DNA of 63,198 bases, filler included, from Circinaria calcarea (Eukaryota), in NCBI GenBank assembly GCA_051942165.1. It is 8 parts of 8 records of this genome, joined end to end, with 100 filler letters (N's around TTAATTAATTAA, not from the genome) between each part and the next. Parts side by side here need not be neighbours in the genome. Positions count along the whole stretch, not along the records: positions 23,780 to 31,603 come from JAVECS010001243.1; positions 31,704 to 39,511 come from JAVECS010001244.1; 6 more parts are not named here. One strand, written 5' to 3'. The notes under the pieces are model-generated. The model saw nothing but the letters and a program-made list of their open reading frames with translations. It was not told where the DNA came from and did not search any database. Position 1 is the first letter of the stretch, and each line of letters starts with the position of its first letter. Position numbers and translations under genes: made by a program. Of this stretch, positions 26,420 through 39,447 are shown in pieces.

Positions 26420-27511
26420 ATGACCAACCATGCTCACCCACGCTGCTCTCCTCCTCATCCACCTTCCAAGAGGACAGTTCTGAGGACTCAACGTCCGACT
26501 GCTTTGACCCCAAACTCGAGCAGCTCAAAGCTCACCGCCAAGGTTGACAAGAGCAAAGCGAGTTCGACCAAAGCCGGCTGGGAACAGGACGAAGAAGACG
26601 ACGAGATGGCCACAGGCTTCTTGCAATTCTGGTAACATCCTCCACGGTGGTCGATCAACGGATCTACCGACTGACGCTTTGGTAGTGCCATGTGCGAAAA
26701 GCAGATACTCGTTCCCAGCAACTCTATTCTCTACTGTTCTCAAAGGTGCACACCCAATTCTCCATCAATCTCAGGCTGTCCTTGAAACGGTTTGCTAATT
26801 GTAGGTATCACATATAGCTGCCGACGCAAGGACGGTGATAAACTCCCTGTCGACAGCATGTACCCCTCTCCGCATACATCCCCGACCTCCAAACCCGACA
26901 TGAATGAACCTTTCGGTTTCACCACCCGTTCTATTGTACCTCGTCGTAAGCCAACCACACTCACCAACGCACACTACTCAATACCCCCTGTGCTCCACAA
27001 TGCCAAATCAGATCTTGACCCAACCGAATGGAAGCCTAACTTAAAGCACCGTGCCGTCTCGGATGGTTCCGAAGCTTTCAACTTTCTCTCCAAATTCCAT
27101 CGCTCCACCTCGGGATTGATCTCTACCCGTCGTCCCGCTCTGCAGACGAGAAGGACCGTTTCTGTAGTGACGACTGCTCCCAGCCTCTCTCATACTCCCA
27201 CTACGAGCATCACTACCTCTTCCGAAGGTAGCCCGGTGGGTACTCCCTACGATTTTGTCAGGCCTGGCATGTCGTCCACGCAAGAGACCGAAATGTACGC
27301 TGGCTCTGCATCGGCCAATTCTGTCGATTTGATCACGCCTGTCTCTACCCTGAAATCTACGGTCGAGAAGAAGTCCGATGCCGTGACGAGTCCCATCCAG
27401 GATGACTTGAGTTATGAAAAGAAATGGATTGTCCTTGGCGGGGACCCTGTCAATGGGAGTTTGAAAAAAATGCTGCATTTGCAGGATGCGGGTGAAATGG
27501 GCGCCATGTAG
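26420..27511 (+). CDS. Ecl1-domain (life-span regulatory factor-like) protein
   Basis: Spliced product DDEMATGFLQFC|AMCEKQILVPSNSILYCSQ|SCRRKD (CxxC..YCSxxC) followed by a Ser/Thr-rich tail ending GSLKKML; two GT-AG introns. Confidence 0.8.
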
Positions 27512-28199
27512 ATTCGCAGAAGGGGAGGTTCTGGTCGGGTAAAGGGGAGGATGTAAAAGGTCCGAGGCAACCGGGACACGGTTACCATGGACCAGACTAG
27601 ATTGTTTGTGACCTACCGCTCTACCCGACTAATGCGCTTCCACCTCTGCTGTTGATCTTTATCTTGACGGCGTTTAGCATACATTTGTTTCCATTAAGCT
27701 CGAGCCTCTTTGCTCACAGGCAATTCCATTCATGAACGCCAAAAGTTGCTCAGCGGATGCGTTTCCTGCACCTTTTTCTTTCACCATTCGATTTTTTTTT
27801 TGAGTTGGCGCATAGGGATCAAAGGGGGGGAGGACAAACGAGTAGGTTGGATGTGGAAATTTGAGAAGAAGAGAAAAGTGTTGGCTAGCTAGTACCGCTC
27901 TATCTAGAATAGGTGCTTTGGAATGACCATCCATGTTCTCTTCTACTCCTCAGGGCAACTCAGTAGATTCCCGCATGTTTAAACCGCCCCGCCCCCCCGG
28001 GGGCCATGCCTTTCTTCCCCGGGAAGGAAACATCCATGATTTCTACTAGCCCAAAAACATCCGTTGGAAAAAAAAACCTGGAGTCATGGTTCTTAGTTCT
28101 CGAATACAATACCACGGCCAAAAAGTCATTCAACGAACCCCTTACTTAATCTTATTTTCCACCCAAAAAACCCCAATTATCTTAGAAAACTCTGCACCT

Positions 28200-29900
28200 G
28201 TGAGGTGTAAGGCCGTGGGGAGTACTTTTAACTTGTGAAAAATTTATCCAAGGTTAAGATTAGATAATAATATGAGGGCAACGAGTAAATTACGATGGCT
28301 TATACGCAGTATGTATAGCTGTATAGTACGAGAACTATGGTAATTACTACAGAGGATAGAAAGTTTGCGAGTAAAAAAAAAGGGGGGGGGTTTTTTCATT
28401 ATACGCCAAAGATGCCAAATTATGGTATGGTAAGCGAGGGAGGGAGGTATTCGCCCACCCCCCTATGGTACTGGTAAGTGTACCATAGAGCCTGACTGTA
28501 AGGGTGCTAGGATATGGTAGGCTAGACTGGTATTAGGGATAGAGTCACTCCGTGGTGAACGATTATCTGGAACGTAATATACGTCCATTGTTACTCTGTT
28601 GTATGTCTATAAGCATGCTATTCTAAAGGAAGGAAATAGCCTGCCTATATATATAGTACTGTGCTCCCGAGTGATCCCTATAATCCCTAGGAGCACCTGG
28701 GACCGCTTCACGTAACTTGCTCCCTATGTTCCCTGCCAAGCTCCGGGAGCAACTGGGAGCACCTGGCCCCTATGGTAAAAAGGAGGTAGGAGTTAGGAGT
28801 TAGGAGTTAGGAGTAGATTATGTGGCACAATTCCTCTTGATTATACCGTAATGACCCCGAGCCCCTGTTCTGTTCTGTTGTGTTGTTAAAGGTAGTTAGT
28901 TTGGAACTTGGAAGGTGCGGGAGGGGGCTTTGGCTTTGCCTGTGCACAGCAAGCAGGAATTGCGATTTATTTTGGGGGGGTTTCTCTGTTTCTTTCGGCA
29001 CCCGAGTGGTTCTTTTATAGTGTTTTCAAAGGCTGTGCCCCTTCTTGTTTTCCCAATGCGTCTCAATTATCGAACAAGGGGTTGCGTCTAGATTACGGAA
29101 GTAAACGCTCGGCTAAGCTAATATTGATGCTTTTCGGGCACTCGCCGGAGATTAAGAGATTGATGTTGAGGTGTGATTCTGGGTGCGAGGAGGGGGAGGG
29201 AGTCGTGGTGATGATGCTGGTAGCGATACTGATACTCGGGAGGGGAAAGGACAAGTATCGGGGGTTTGGATAAGATGGGTAGGATAAGTTAGAGAGACTT
29301 GAAATGGAGGGGGTTTAAAAAGGGCAGGCAGAGGGAGGGCCGCGCTCTCTTGTTTTAGTTTTAGGATGCCGATTCTGCTGATGTAAATAAAACGTGGTTT
29401 ATACCGTGCGTGCCGTATTCTCGTTTCTCGTTTCTCGTTTCTCGTGAGTAGTTACAGATTTTGATGTTCTGCTATTTCAGGGATTTTGGAGTATGAGAGG
29501 AGCTAAGTGTGGGAGGCGAAGGTTTGGGAGGAGAAGAGGTGAAGGAGGAGGGGGAAAACGAAGGGAAGAAGAGATGAATAAGGTGGATATGAACATGGAC
29601 GTAGAAAGTTATTCCCTCACAGAAGTTTTTATAGAGGAGCCGATGTCTGGGATGGGTTTTGCTTAGGAGCATGAGTTGAATCAGTTGGGCAAACGACAAC
29701 GGTAATAAAGGGTTTAACTCGGGGAAGGAAACGTAGAGAAGAAGCAGCAGGAATATCATCGGATGTTTGTATTTGGTATATTCTTAGATACTCATCACTA
29801 GATTCACTACCCAAAGACTCGTTCTTTTTGGATTAAAAAACCCGAGAGGCTGGTCGGAATATGTAGTATCACGGTATATTGCTCGCCTAGTTTGCGTCCT
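28200..29900. repeat. Degenerate repeat/TE-relic region with short tandem arrays
   Basis: No intact ORF; reiterated GCTCCC/GGGAGC motifs 28660-28770, (TAGGAGT)x~4 at 28787-28814, (TTCTCGT)x4 at 29418-29445. Confidence 0.4.
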
Positions 29901-30110
29901 TTGGACTTTATAATGGTCTTTACTTATCGGGAGTGATTTTACGAAGACCGGCTTTTATAACAGTGAGTTCGAAGGCGGCTTTTGCAATTGGGGACCTCAT
30001 GAGCAGATGACTTCGGTGCAGAAGTCACACCACAGCCAGATGCCGCAATCAGCGCACTCACTGTTTTTTATCAAGGCACCCAGAACGCCTGGACATCCCA
30101 CACTAGCTAT

Positions 30111-31500
30111 TCAGCAGGTCCCATTTCCTTGCCGCATCAGGAGAGACTGCTCAATACTCCCATTCCGCTCCGCCATCTTCTCAACTTGATTGACAATCTC
30201 CTGCACATCATGCCAGATCCGTTTTCGATTCCCTAGCCCTTTAATATGGGTACCGATTTCTTTCAATTGCATGTAGAGCCAAAATCAGTCTCGCTTGCCG
30301 TTGGATTTAAAGGCGTTGATTTCCCAGAACCAGGGCATGTCCTGCTTTATGAGGTGACGGAAGAGGTACACGGGAAGATGACGGAAGCAGCGGGAAACTA
30401 GGAAAAGGTTGACCATGTTCTTGGATCGGAGGTGGCCGAGAGTTTGCAGTTGTATTCTGGGGGCAGCAGCGTGAATATGTCGGACGATGGTGGAGAAGGC
30501 TAGGTCGAGATTCATTGTGACAATGCGGTTGAGGCGCACAAGGGCTGTAGGGGATTTGGGCCCAGTCAGGATTGTTATGGGTTTCGTCCATCAGTAAGTT
30601 CAGATCAGGTATGTAGACAGGGTTCGCGGCGAGATGCTGATACAAAGTAGTAAGCACATAGGGTCACCAGTGAAGGCTTGGTCAGAATAGTCCAGCCCTA
30701 TCTCCGTACGGATCCGATGACGCCAAAATTGTTGGATACACTTCTCGACCGCTAGTCCACGATCAAGGCGAGTAAATGTATCACGAATGTCTCCTTGGAC
30801 CTACCAGTTCCATTAACAACATCTGAACCTTCAAGATGCTTCAATCCATGCCCACCTCGTAGAGACACCATAGCCCATCCAGACTCACAAAACCGAAATG
30901 CTCCTTGCTAACACGTTTAAGAATATCGAAGCATGCCACATGGAACGGAGTTCCGTTCTCTGCCGCGCATCATCGAAGCTCTAAGCGTGTATGAGAAGTA
31001 TAGCCAACATACCGTGGACATTTCAAGAACGAATCAAAGCACCAACGTACCATGAAACTCTACACGCCATTGATTATATATTGTTTGCTCACACCATGTC
31101 GGACCTTCTCCAGATGCCCAGTACCCCATTCTTTCGCGGTGCCGATACTTGGAGCCGTGAGGAAACAGCGACCGTTGAGTTCAAAGCCTTCGTCGTCGTC
31201 CTCCGGTACCCATTTCGGCTGCTTTCCACAGCAGGCACTGCACCCGATTGATGCCCTGAAACCAGATACTCGAGGAGCAAGGTAGCCGCTCTCTAACTTT
31301 CACCGCGGTCCCGCCAGGTGTTCATGGTTGATATCCTCAAACCCCGTCGATGCGTTACACTGGTCACAACTGTCCTCAACATGGTCATTGATGTCACCCA
31401 AATAGCCCCATCCAGCCTCGTAGGACTCATCTGAACTGCGGATGCGAGCAATGTTAAAGGAGACACTACAGAGCTGACATAACCGCTTGGTGTAAACCAT
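30111..31500 (-). pseudogene. Fungal F-box-domain protein pseudogene
   Basis: MVYTKRLCQLCSVSFNIARIR..EHLAGP, PFHVACFDILKR, LAANPVYIPDL, LGHLRS..LFLVSRCFRHLP..DMPWFWE, KGLGNRKRIW; multiple stops and frameshifts. Confidence 0.7.
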
Positions 31501-31703
31501 GTTGACTGGTGCTGACTATGCACGAGGGATGCCTGTAAATATCAAGACGAACGAACTTATAAGGTCGGAATCAAACCCGTCAAACAAGATAATAGTGTGA
31601 GGCNNNNNNNNNNNNNNNNNNNNNNNNNNNNNNNNNNNNNNNNNNNNTTAATTAATTAANNNNNNNNNNNNNNNNNNNNNNNNNNNNNNNNNNNNNNNNN
31701 NNN

Positions 31704-31950
31704 ATTTATAATTATTTAGATATAATAAAATATAATTAAATTATTTAAATTATTTATTATTATTTCATTAATTAAACTTTTAATAAAATTTATTATATTA
31801 ATATAATATAAATTTAAACGCGGAATAATTTTTATTTTATTTGATATATATTTTATATATTTAATTTTATATAAATTATATTAATAAACTTTTTTTAATT
31901 AATAATAAAATTTAAATTATAATAGGTTTTTTTATTTAATTCTTATTATA
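31704..31950. repeat. Extremely AT-rich block, consistent with a RIP-degenerated repeat
   Basis: Almost pure A/T with TpA excess; a rare CGCGG island survives. Confidence 0.7.
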
Positions 31951-32109
31951 TCAGGCTTAAGATATCGGTGTTGGGCTCCCGTTACGTAATTCTTTTACAG
32001 AATTTTATTAAAAGCCCCAAATAATAGGCGTTTTTTTTTGCGATCTCCACCAGGATTAAGCGAAGCGGTATGGTAAAGATCAACAGCCTTTTATCATTTT
32101 CATAACACC

Positions 32110-34770
32110 TCATAGGTCTTAGTCGACTGTGTTTTTGACCGACAGAGAACCACTCACTCAAGCGCTCGATCAAATACACGGTGTTACGTCTCGATTCTCA
32201 ACGCTGGCAACCTTCAATGAGTTCACAACTCCCCCTTCCTTTTCTTCTGGGGCTGTAGGTAAAGGAATTGCAAGTGACCTTCATAGTGGCTTGAGCGGCT
32301 TGTACAGCCGGATTAGAGCTTCGGTCGGTGGTGTAAGGGATATCATTGAGAATATTGGTCTACGGGGAGAGAACGTGGCTACTGATGGCGGTAATGGTGA
32401 TGATGAGATGGAAAATCGCAGAGCCTCGTCTACAAGTTCTATTTGGGCTCCAACTGTTGAACTGCTCTTCCATTCGCCAAAGTGTGCAAACTTGACCTCA
32501 AAGGCCGATTTCGAGTCAACACCGAACCTTCTTTCACCTTCGAGTAATGCGATCACAACTGGACCATCGAACGAAGTTGGACAAGTGTCTCCGCACACTA
32601 GACCCGGTTTAGCACAGTTGCCCACAGTCATAAAAGGTGTATTGCCTTTAGCTGGGGCGGTAAAGGCACTTTTCGCATCTTTGACATAGGCTATCCCGTC
32701 TACTGCCGTTCGACCGGCTCAGATACCGGTCAATGTTACGGCGGTGAACTAAGAGGATCACAAACCCTACAGGATATAGAGGATAGAAAACTAACACCGC
32801 GGATATCGTCCAATTTGGCTAGAACAAAGTTCGCAGCAGATTATAGAATTGAAACACAGCACAAGCATCAAATTTCGACTTGATCAGATCAGGATAGAGG
32901 TAACACCGATCCTGGAACAAACCATGAAGTCAGTCCCTCTGGCCAACAGGAAGTCAAAGCTGTCCCTGGGCCAGCTTCTACCACCTAAAAACCGCTACAT
33001 AGACCCCCTAACTTTCCAGATCGTAGTAACCAAGCAAAGGAGCCGCTCGACAAAGGATACGACTCAAGCCAAACGGATATGCAGGGGCCAGCAACACCGT
33101 CACGTCAACCGTCGTCTATACTAGTAACTCAGCTTTCGCGACCTCCAGATTTCAAAATTTCTCGTGCATCTTCCTCGGAGGCTACAGGGGCTTACTCATC
33201 GAACATTCCACTAGAAACAGCTCCCAGTCATGACGAAGCTAGAGGAGATGATAGCATTTTTGCCGAGAACAAGACGGTAAGAAAGCCGCTTCTACCACCA
33301 GGCATCAGCAAATTCTCAAACGGTAAACGCTGTACTGTCCAAGATCAGAACCAGAATCTTAAGTAAGTATTACTGGATGAAAGACAAGAACGCTCGAGAC
33401 AGTCTCTTTTACGGCGACGCTTTCTCCACGTTCCGCAAAAAGTACCATTACACTATGGTTTGTTTCTAAATAAATAGCATGACCGAAGGCTAACATTTCT
33501 TTTAGAAACGTCTGGTCAGATCTTCGACTCCAAATGCACATCACTTATATCTGGAGGATCCTTTGGACAGACAGGGTCCTTGAGGGTTTGCAAGCCTTGC
33601 GAGAGTTAAATCAACAGGTACGATGATTCCTCGGAATTCTCAGACGACGGAAGCTTGATGGGCACAGGCTTACGTCCAAGGCATGGGTCTTCCGGGGCCA
33701 ATGAGATTGCGTCTGGGAATTCCGTTGGAGCCACCCGTATGAGTAATATTAAAGAGACCGAGGCCCTTCCGTCACCATCCGCACAATGTTATACCAAAGA
33801 ACAACACCAGCTACACGTAGAGAATTTGAGGATTCAGGCCGGAGATCAGCGGTCTTAGAGATCGATTCAGAAAGAAAACTCAGACCAAGCTCGTCGAGAT
33901 CCTTCAAGTCTTCGCTTTCATGGGGTCCTCATCCCTTAGGCCATAAGAGGCACCACCCCCGGTATCAGATTCAGCGTAGCTTTAAACCGTTAACGAGGAG
34001 ACAGCTCCGTTTCAGCGCAACCCTGACGATGACTCAAGGAGAGGAGACTGGTTATCAGCTTTTCAGAGTGATAATATCATTGAGCCTGATCTTACTGCGT
34101 TCTTTTCCGACCAAGACTCAAGTGGCAGCGAGCAAATGAGTATCATGACGGCCCTAAACAGTGACGGCCTTCCCAAAATTGCAGATAATGAAAGGCAGGG
34201 GCTTTTAAGAATGCTGAGTTCCTCGAAAAAGGGCCGATCTCGAATAGGTGACAGGAGTAGTGGCGGCGGCACGGTCTACCGTTGAGATGCGGGTAACATC
34301 AGTTGGAATAGTGCAAAAATGGCCTTATCATAAGCTCGTTCCAAGCGGCGTAAACTGAGCGTATCAAGCAATATGCATCTTCGACCACCACCTCGGGCTT
34401 ATCGGTTAAGTACAGCGACACCCGCCGTTAGCAGTCATCTTCATGAAAGCCTGAGCAGCTCTACATTCGAGCAGTCCGGATCCAGTGGCTTACGAATGAT
34501 ACGAAGCTCTTCCATGAAAGGAGCAGATGCTCCAGCGATAGAATTGAACAATGCAAGCATCCACCACGTACGGAAATTGCTGCGCCACTTACTGCAAGAT
34601 TCTTACATAAATAATTCGAGTAACTAGGAAAAAGCACTCATGCCCATTCTCCTCCGAGCTACTGACGATGTTAACCCTGACAACCAAAGAGGCGATGACA
34701 TTGACATTCGACTCTATGTAAAGCTGAGAAAAATCCCTAAAGGTCGACCTGGCGACAAATCGCACGTATT
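32110..34770 (+). pseudogene. FAB1: Partial, decayed duplicate of PI3P 5-kinase FAB1/PIKfyve (N-terminus, FYVE, start of chaperonin-like domain)
   Basis: QALDQIH..LATFNEFTTPP..GLSGLYSRIRASVG; FYVE remnant YWMKD..FSTFRKK|..GQIFDSKCT..LRVCKPC; IELNNASIHHVRKLLRHLLQD..*EKALMPILL..GDDIDIR.YVKLRKIP.GRPGD. Stops at 32687 and 34625, frameshifts, no kinase domain; intron about 33456-33508 retained. Confidence 0.88.
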
Positions 34771-35079
34771 TGCGTTGGAAGTCACCCTTTAGACCCGATT
34801 AGGCTTAGCGGCGTGTTGCCTTTCCATAGCATAAAAGGCAAGCACGCACACATAAAAATGCAAGCAACCTTCATATTCTGCATGCCCACCTGCCTTTGTT
34901 CAACGGGTTGGTATATCTCAAACGCTTACGCCATCAGGACGACGTGGAGGAGGAAAATAAAATAGACTTACATTTGGGGGAATAGCAATTTATTCGATTC
35001 GTATGCCCACTAAAATATTGCGAGATTCTATATTGTTATATACACTGTGACCACGGTGCGAGGGGTGAAAAGTGATGCC

Positions 35080-36123
35080 TTAAATTCCTCCTGCTGTTGC
35101 TATTTGACTGCCGCTAATATACGAGCTCTTAGCTCTTGAACGTTAGCAGTCAGATGCCCCTTTTTCTTCTTTTTTGAAGCCGCACTAACAGCCGCATTTA
35201 CCTTTAGGTCCTCCGCTCCGGGGTGAAGATTTCACTCTTGCCCCTCTGGTCGATGCCATTGATACAAAGGTTCTGGATCTCGCCAACAAGGTCCTCAATT
35301 TTCTCCTTGTCGCTGAACCCATGCCACTTCTCGTCATCATCGGTGCTAGCGACGCTTCCTGCGGACTCGCTTTGCTCATCATCGCTCGCCTTATTACAAT
35401 TCCGTCAGTTATGATTTTTACTTCGACAGTAAGTACATCTTCGGGGCTTCTTTGCCAGATTCTCAACGCTCCTTTGCAAATACGCTTTTTCCTTGGCCGT
35501 CCTTTTGGCTTGATATACCTCGAAGCTAAGCAGGAAGTATCACTGGTTAGGCTTTCTATCTCAAGATGAGGCATAGACATGTGATAAGTATTCCTATATG
35601 CCTCCATCTTATAAAACTCACTAACATAATCCTCAGGTTCAAGGTTATGTTCACGGCACAACGCAATTGCCTGCCGGCAGGGCAATTTTCTGTCTTGAAA
35701 AGCCAGGCAAGTGCAGTTCTATTGGCTAATTCCCCGGTAAATTGCTTTGTTCCCCGACCGACCAATACTGTAGTCTCGCTGGAGGGTTTAATAGTGAATC
35801 TTCTCGAGTTAGAAAGTTCAATTTTCAGTTAAGTTCTCGATGTATTAGTGGTTCGGTTACTCCTATGCTGCTTGCGCTGTCTAGAATAGAAATTTTGCAT
35901 TGAATTATTCTATATTTTGGCAAAAAAGGAAGACCGCAGGTAAGTTTCTCGCTTTCAGCCAATGTGCATTGACTGCTCCTGAACATTCAAGGTTATATGT
36001 CGAATCGAGGTCGGGTATAGCGAGGTATGAGAGTAAGATGCTGGCGGGGGTGTTGTGGGGTATGATGGAGGGGTGGAAGGGTATGGTGGTAAGATAAACG
36101 GGTATAGGGGTAAGGAATGGTAT
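35080..36123 (-). mobile_element. Mutator-like (MULE) transposase remnant with large internal deletion
   Basis: SWIM finger CTCLAFQDRKLPCRQAIALC...YRNTY, KPKGRPRKKRI, zinc knuckle RCTYCRSKNHN*RNC, and AVNAHWLKARNLP; joined directly to an N-terminal fragment (PFLTPIP..PDLDST). The DDE core is absent. Confidence 0.8.
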
Positions 36124-37951
36124 GTTAGGAAGGTATGGGAGTACTTCGCCGTACTACGTATTTATAGTTCTACACCACGGAGTTTTAGAAGCCCCTATAT
36201 TTTACTGCCATACTCTCCCTATTTGCCCGCATAATCCCCGCTATCTTACACATTATTGGCATACCCCCTATGTTGATTATTGGCTATGTTAGTTGTCTAT
36301 TTGAAACAATTTAACGTGCTTAAAGCAGTCAACCAAATCAATGAGTTGGATTGATTCAACGGCTAACCTACCACAGCTAAGTTTTCCTTCCTTTCTTCTG
36401 ACTAATGACTTGACTAATTGTGCACTGGATGCCGCCCATGGGGGAAGTGTAACAGTCTTCAGAATGTCGTCGATATAGTTTCTGATGAAATTGATGAAAT
36501 GCCTATGGTCACGTTGTGCCTGGGCATTTGGAAGGGGAAATCAATGGGTTGAAGCTATCGAATTACTATGGAATTGTGGTGGTATTTTGGATAGTCATGA
36601 CCCTGCAGCTTGCCACTTGATGCGGAACAGCAAACCTGTAAAAAAAAGCTTCAACAAACCTCCGGGAATGCTCTGCATTGAATGCGCGGGTGTGCAGAAC
36701 TTCTTCACGCATACCCACACATTCCACCACGGCTATCTTCCGCCTCCACCTAGGCGTGCCTCCTAACCTTCAAAACCCTCATCTACGAAACCGTGAGGTT
36801 CCGGCTGTCGTCCGACTGCTTCCTTCACCCCTCCCTCCACCTCCGGTGCCGATACCATATCCGAGCCTTTCAAAGCCTCCTTTCACGGGCGGAAGGTTGG
36901 CGCTGTGGACGAGAAGGAGGAGGAAATATAACTTGAGCTGCCCGAGATTCAAGCGATGTCTCCTGTCGAAGAGCATTCCTCCTTGCGCTGAGCCTACTCA
37001 GCAGCCTCTTTTGTATAGCTAGCTTGTTATGCTAGAAGCCAATTCAAAGCTGACGCCCAGTACGAACCTCCTGCTGGATCTGGATCCCTAACAATATATG
37101 AACGAAGTTCTTTTTGTCTGGATCGTCTGAGAAGCTTGGGAAGGGACTATTTTTAGGGGGTGGCAAGCGACGCATCCAAATTCTTGATGTCATTCCTGCT
37201 GGAGCTCTACTTCTGAGCAAGCTAGAAGCTCAGGAACATAGGTGGAGCAGCCCTCTTAACCCCCTTCTTTGAAGCCGTACTAACGGCTGCATTAAACACT
37301 CTGCTCTGGGTCGGGGCTGGCTATCCTACTCACCCCCGTCATCGACGCCGTTGATATGAACATCCTAGATTACGCTAAGAAATTCTCGATATTCTCCTCA
37401 TTGTCAAATGCTTACCAGTCAATGACATGTTATGCAGGTACGGCAGTAACTCGCCGCTTATTCTCATTTCCTTCACTAACTCATCTGTTCTACAGACTTC
37501 TACTTCATTATTGACAAATTTTAACTCATTATTACCTCCACTACTGTTGGGCAGCAGAATGTATGTTGGCATTTCTACCTGAGTATGTAATTAGGGAACT
37601 ATCTATGCTACGAAAAAGTGCTTTTATGGAGTGTAGAGAGTGTTGAGCATGGACCTCCTAGCAACACATGCTCGGTAAGCCCTATGACTTCCAACAACTA
37701 CTTCACTACCTACTTCAATACCTACTTCACTATTTCTGCGTTTCATTCTCTCTCTACTTTTATTTTCTTATCCGCAATATTGTTTCCACCTCTACACCTT
37801 CAGTTTTGCTCCTCAATCTAGATTACCTGCCCACCTTATTTAGGCTATCTTTAGCCCTGAATCCTTCTTTGAATTAAAGTTGCCTAATCGAGCTTATCCC
37901 TTCATTCGTCGCGTACTTACGCAAACCGAATTGAGTGCACAAAACCCAGCT

Positions 37952-38759
37952 ATGGGAAAAGCGAATAAAGACAGCTCGACCAAGGAGCAGAAGGTATTTA
38001 GATAGCCCTGTTTCGAGAAAGTAACTAATCAAGCCCTGCGGATAATGAAGATATCCTTCCATGCTGTGCGCAAAAAGGAGCTCGAGGCGAACGGTGTGGA
38101 TCCTTTAGTACCATGCCTACATTGTCTAACCCTACGCTATCATGGAACACATCGTGTTAGCTGGGCTTGCAAAGTCTTCCCTGAGAATTCCGAATCTAGA
38201 TCAATCATATGTTTATCCTGCATGAGGAAAAATAAAGGGCATTGCAGAAAGGTTAGTTGATATGTCGATTGCTATGAAATTATTTAAAAGAAAATTAGGT
38301 CCCAGAACCTCTTGTCCCGGCCGCGCAAAATTTACGCGGGTGTATAATAAAATATCAGGAACAAGAAGGCGGACCGCACCGTGGATCCCTCCTCCAACAG
38401 CTATGTGCTAGCAAGACGAAGTTCGAAATCGCTCTTGAAGAGTATAATACGGATAATCGAGAAGATATAAACGAGGAGGCTATGGTGAGTACAACAAGCG
38501 TTAGTATTTTGATTAAAATATTTTACTAATTATTTAGAATCCTTCTACGAATCATCCGGAGGTAGCAGTGTCGATTGCTACCCCAATACCGTCCCTAACG
38601 ACTACTAGTCGAGCCTCGTCCTCAGGGCAGGAAGTATGTGGTCTGGTTTTAGAGCTTTTGGACGATCATGATGATCTGAAACTACAAAACGAGATATTAA
38701 CGGCAGAGATCGAGTCGCTAAGGAAAGAGAATGAGGCTCTGAAGAAAAACTCCCGTTAA
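37952..38759 (+). CDS. Small four-exon protein with atypical Cys6 (Zn-cluster-like) motif and C-terminal leucine-zipper coiled coil
   Basis: Exons 37952-37993, about 38042-38251, 38299-38484, 38538-38759 splice in frame; CLHC-x14-C-x13-CLSC-x7-C then LKLQNEILTAEIESLRKENEALKK. The first acceptor reads CGG rather than CAG. Confidence 0.65.
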
Positions 38760-39223
38760 GGGGCCCTGTTGGAAGTCGTAGGGCTTATTGGATCACGTGT
38801 TACCTTCCCCCGGGTCTAGGGGGGGGGTCGCCAAGCTTTCCGGGGGGGGTCGTCCGGTATCTAAGCATTCTGGAAGGCATAATTCGGCGCATAGTTCGGC
38901 GTATTCCGAAGGCATGGAAGGCATAAAAGGCATGAATTTTGGCTGTAATACACGGAGCGCGTACTACGATAGAGAGTTATGGGTCAGTTTCGTGGAAAAA
39001 GCGGAGTGTATTCAGTGCTATTTCGTGCGGAATACGCCATACTTGGCCTGCCATGCCCGTGTTTCTGCCTCCGTCTTCATAAAATATATATATATTAAAC
39101 GAAGGCAGAGGCACGAGTATACCAATGTTTAACAGAAGCCGGGGCACGAGGCGCGAGCGTTCGGCAGGCGTAGCCTCTGTGGATAGAAGGTATAGGCCCG
39201 GAGCAGTGAATTACGCTTAATTA

Positions 39224-39447
39224 GAAGGACCTACTAGCATTCTGACCAATCGGCCATTCTGACCACCCGGCCCGGGCTTAGTGGGTGCTTAGTGGGTGCT
39301 TAGTGGGTACCCCCTAAAATTTCTTCGGGGCATAGAAGCGAATCCACTAGTATGTAAGTAGAAGCCATAAAGGCTAGGCTACCAGCCACTAATACTCGGC
39401 CCGGGTGGTCAGAATGGCCGATTGGTCAGAATGCTAGTAGGTCCTTC
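39224..39447. mobile_element. 224-bp MITE with 47-bp perfect TIRs and TA flanks (Tc1/mariner/pogo-type)
   Basis: 39224-39270 is the exact reverse complement of 39401-39447; TA at 39222-23 and 39448-49; CATTCTGACCA twice per TIR; internal GCTTAGTGGGT x3. Confidence 0.9.

Noticed and set aside
28787..28814. TTAGGAG tandem repeat as a telomere-like sequence
   Set aside because: Only about four units, internal, and not TTAGGG.
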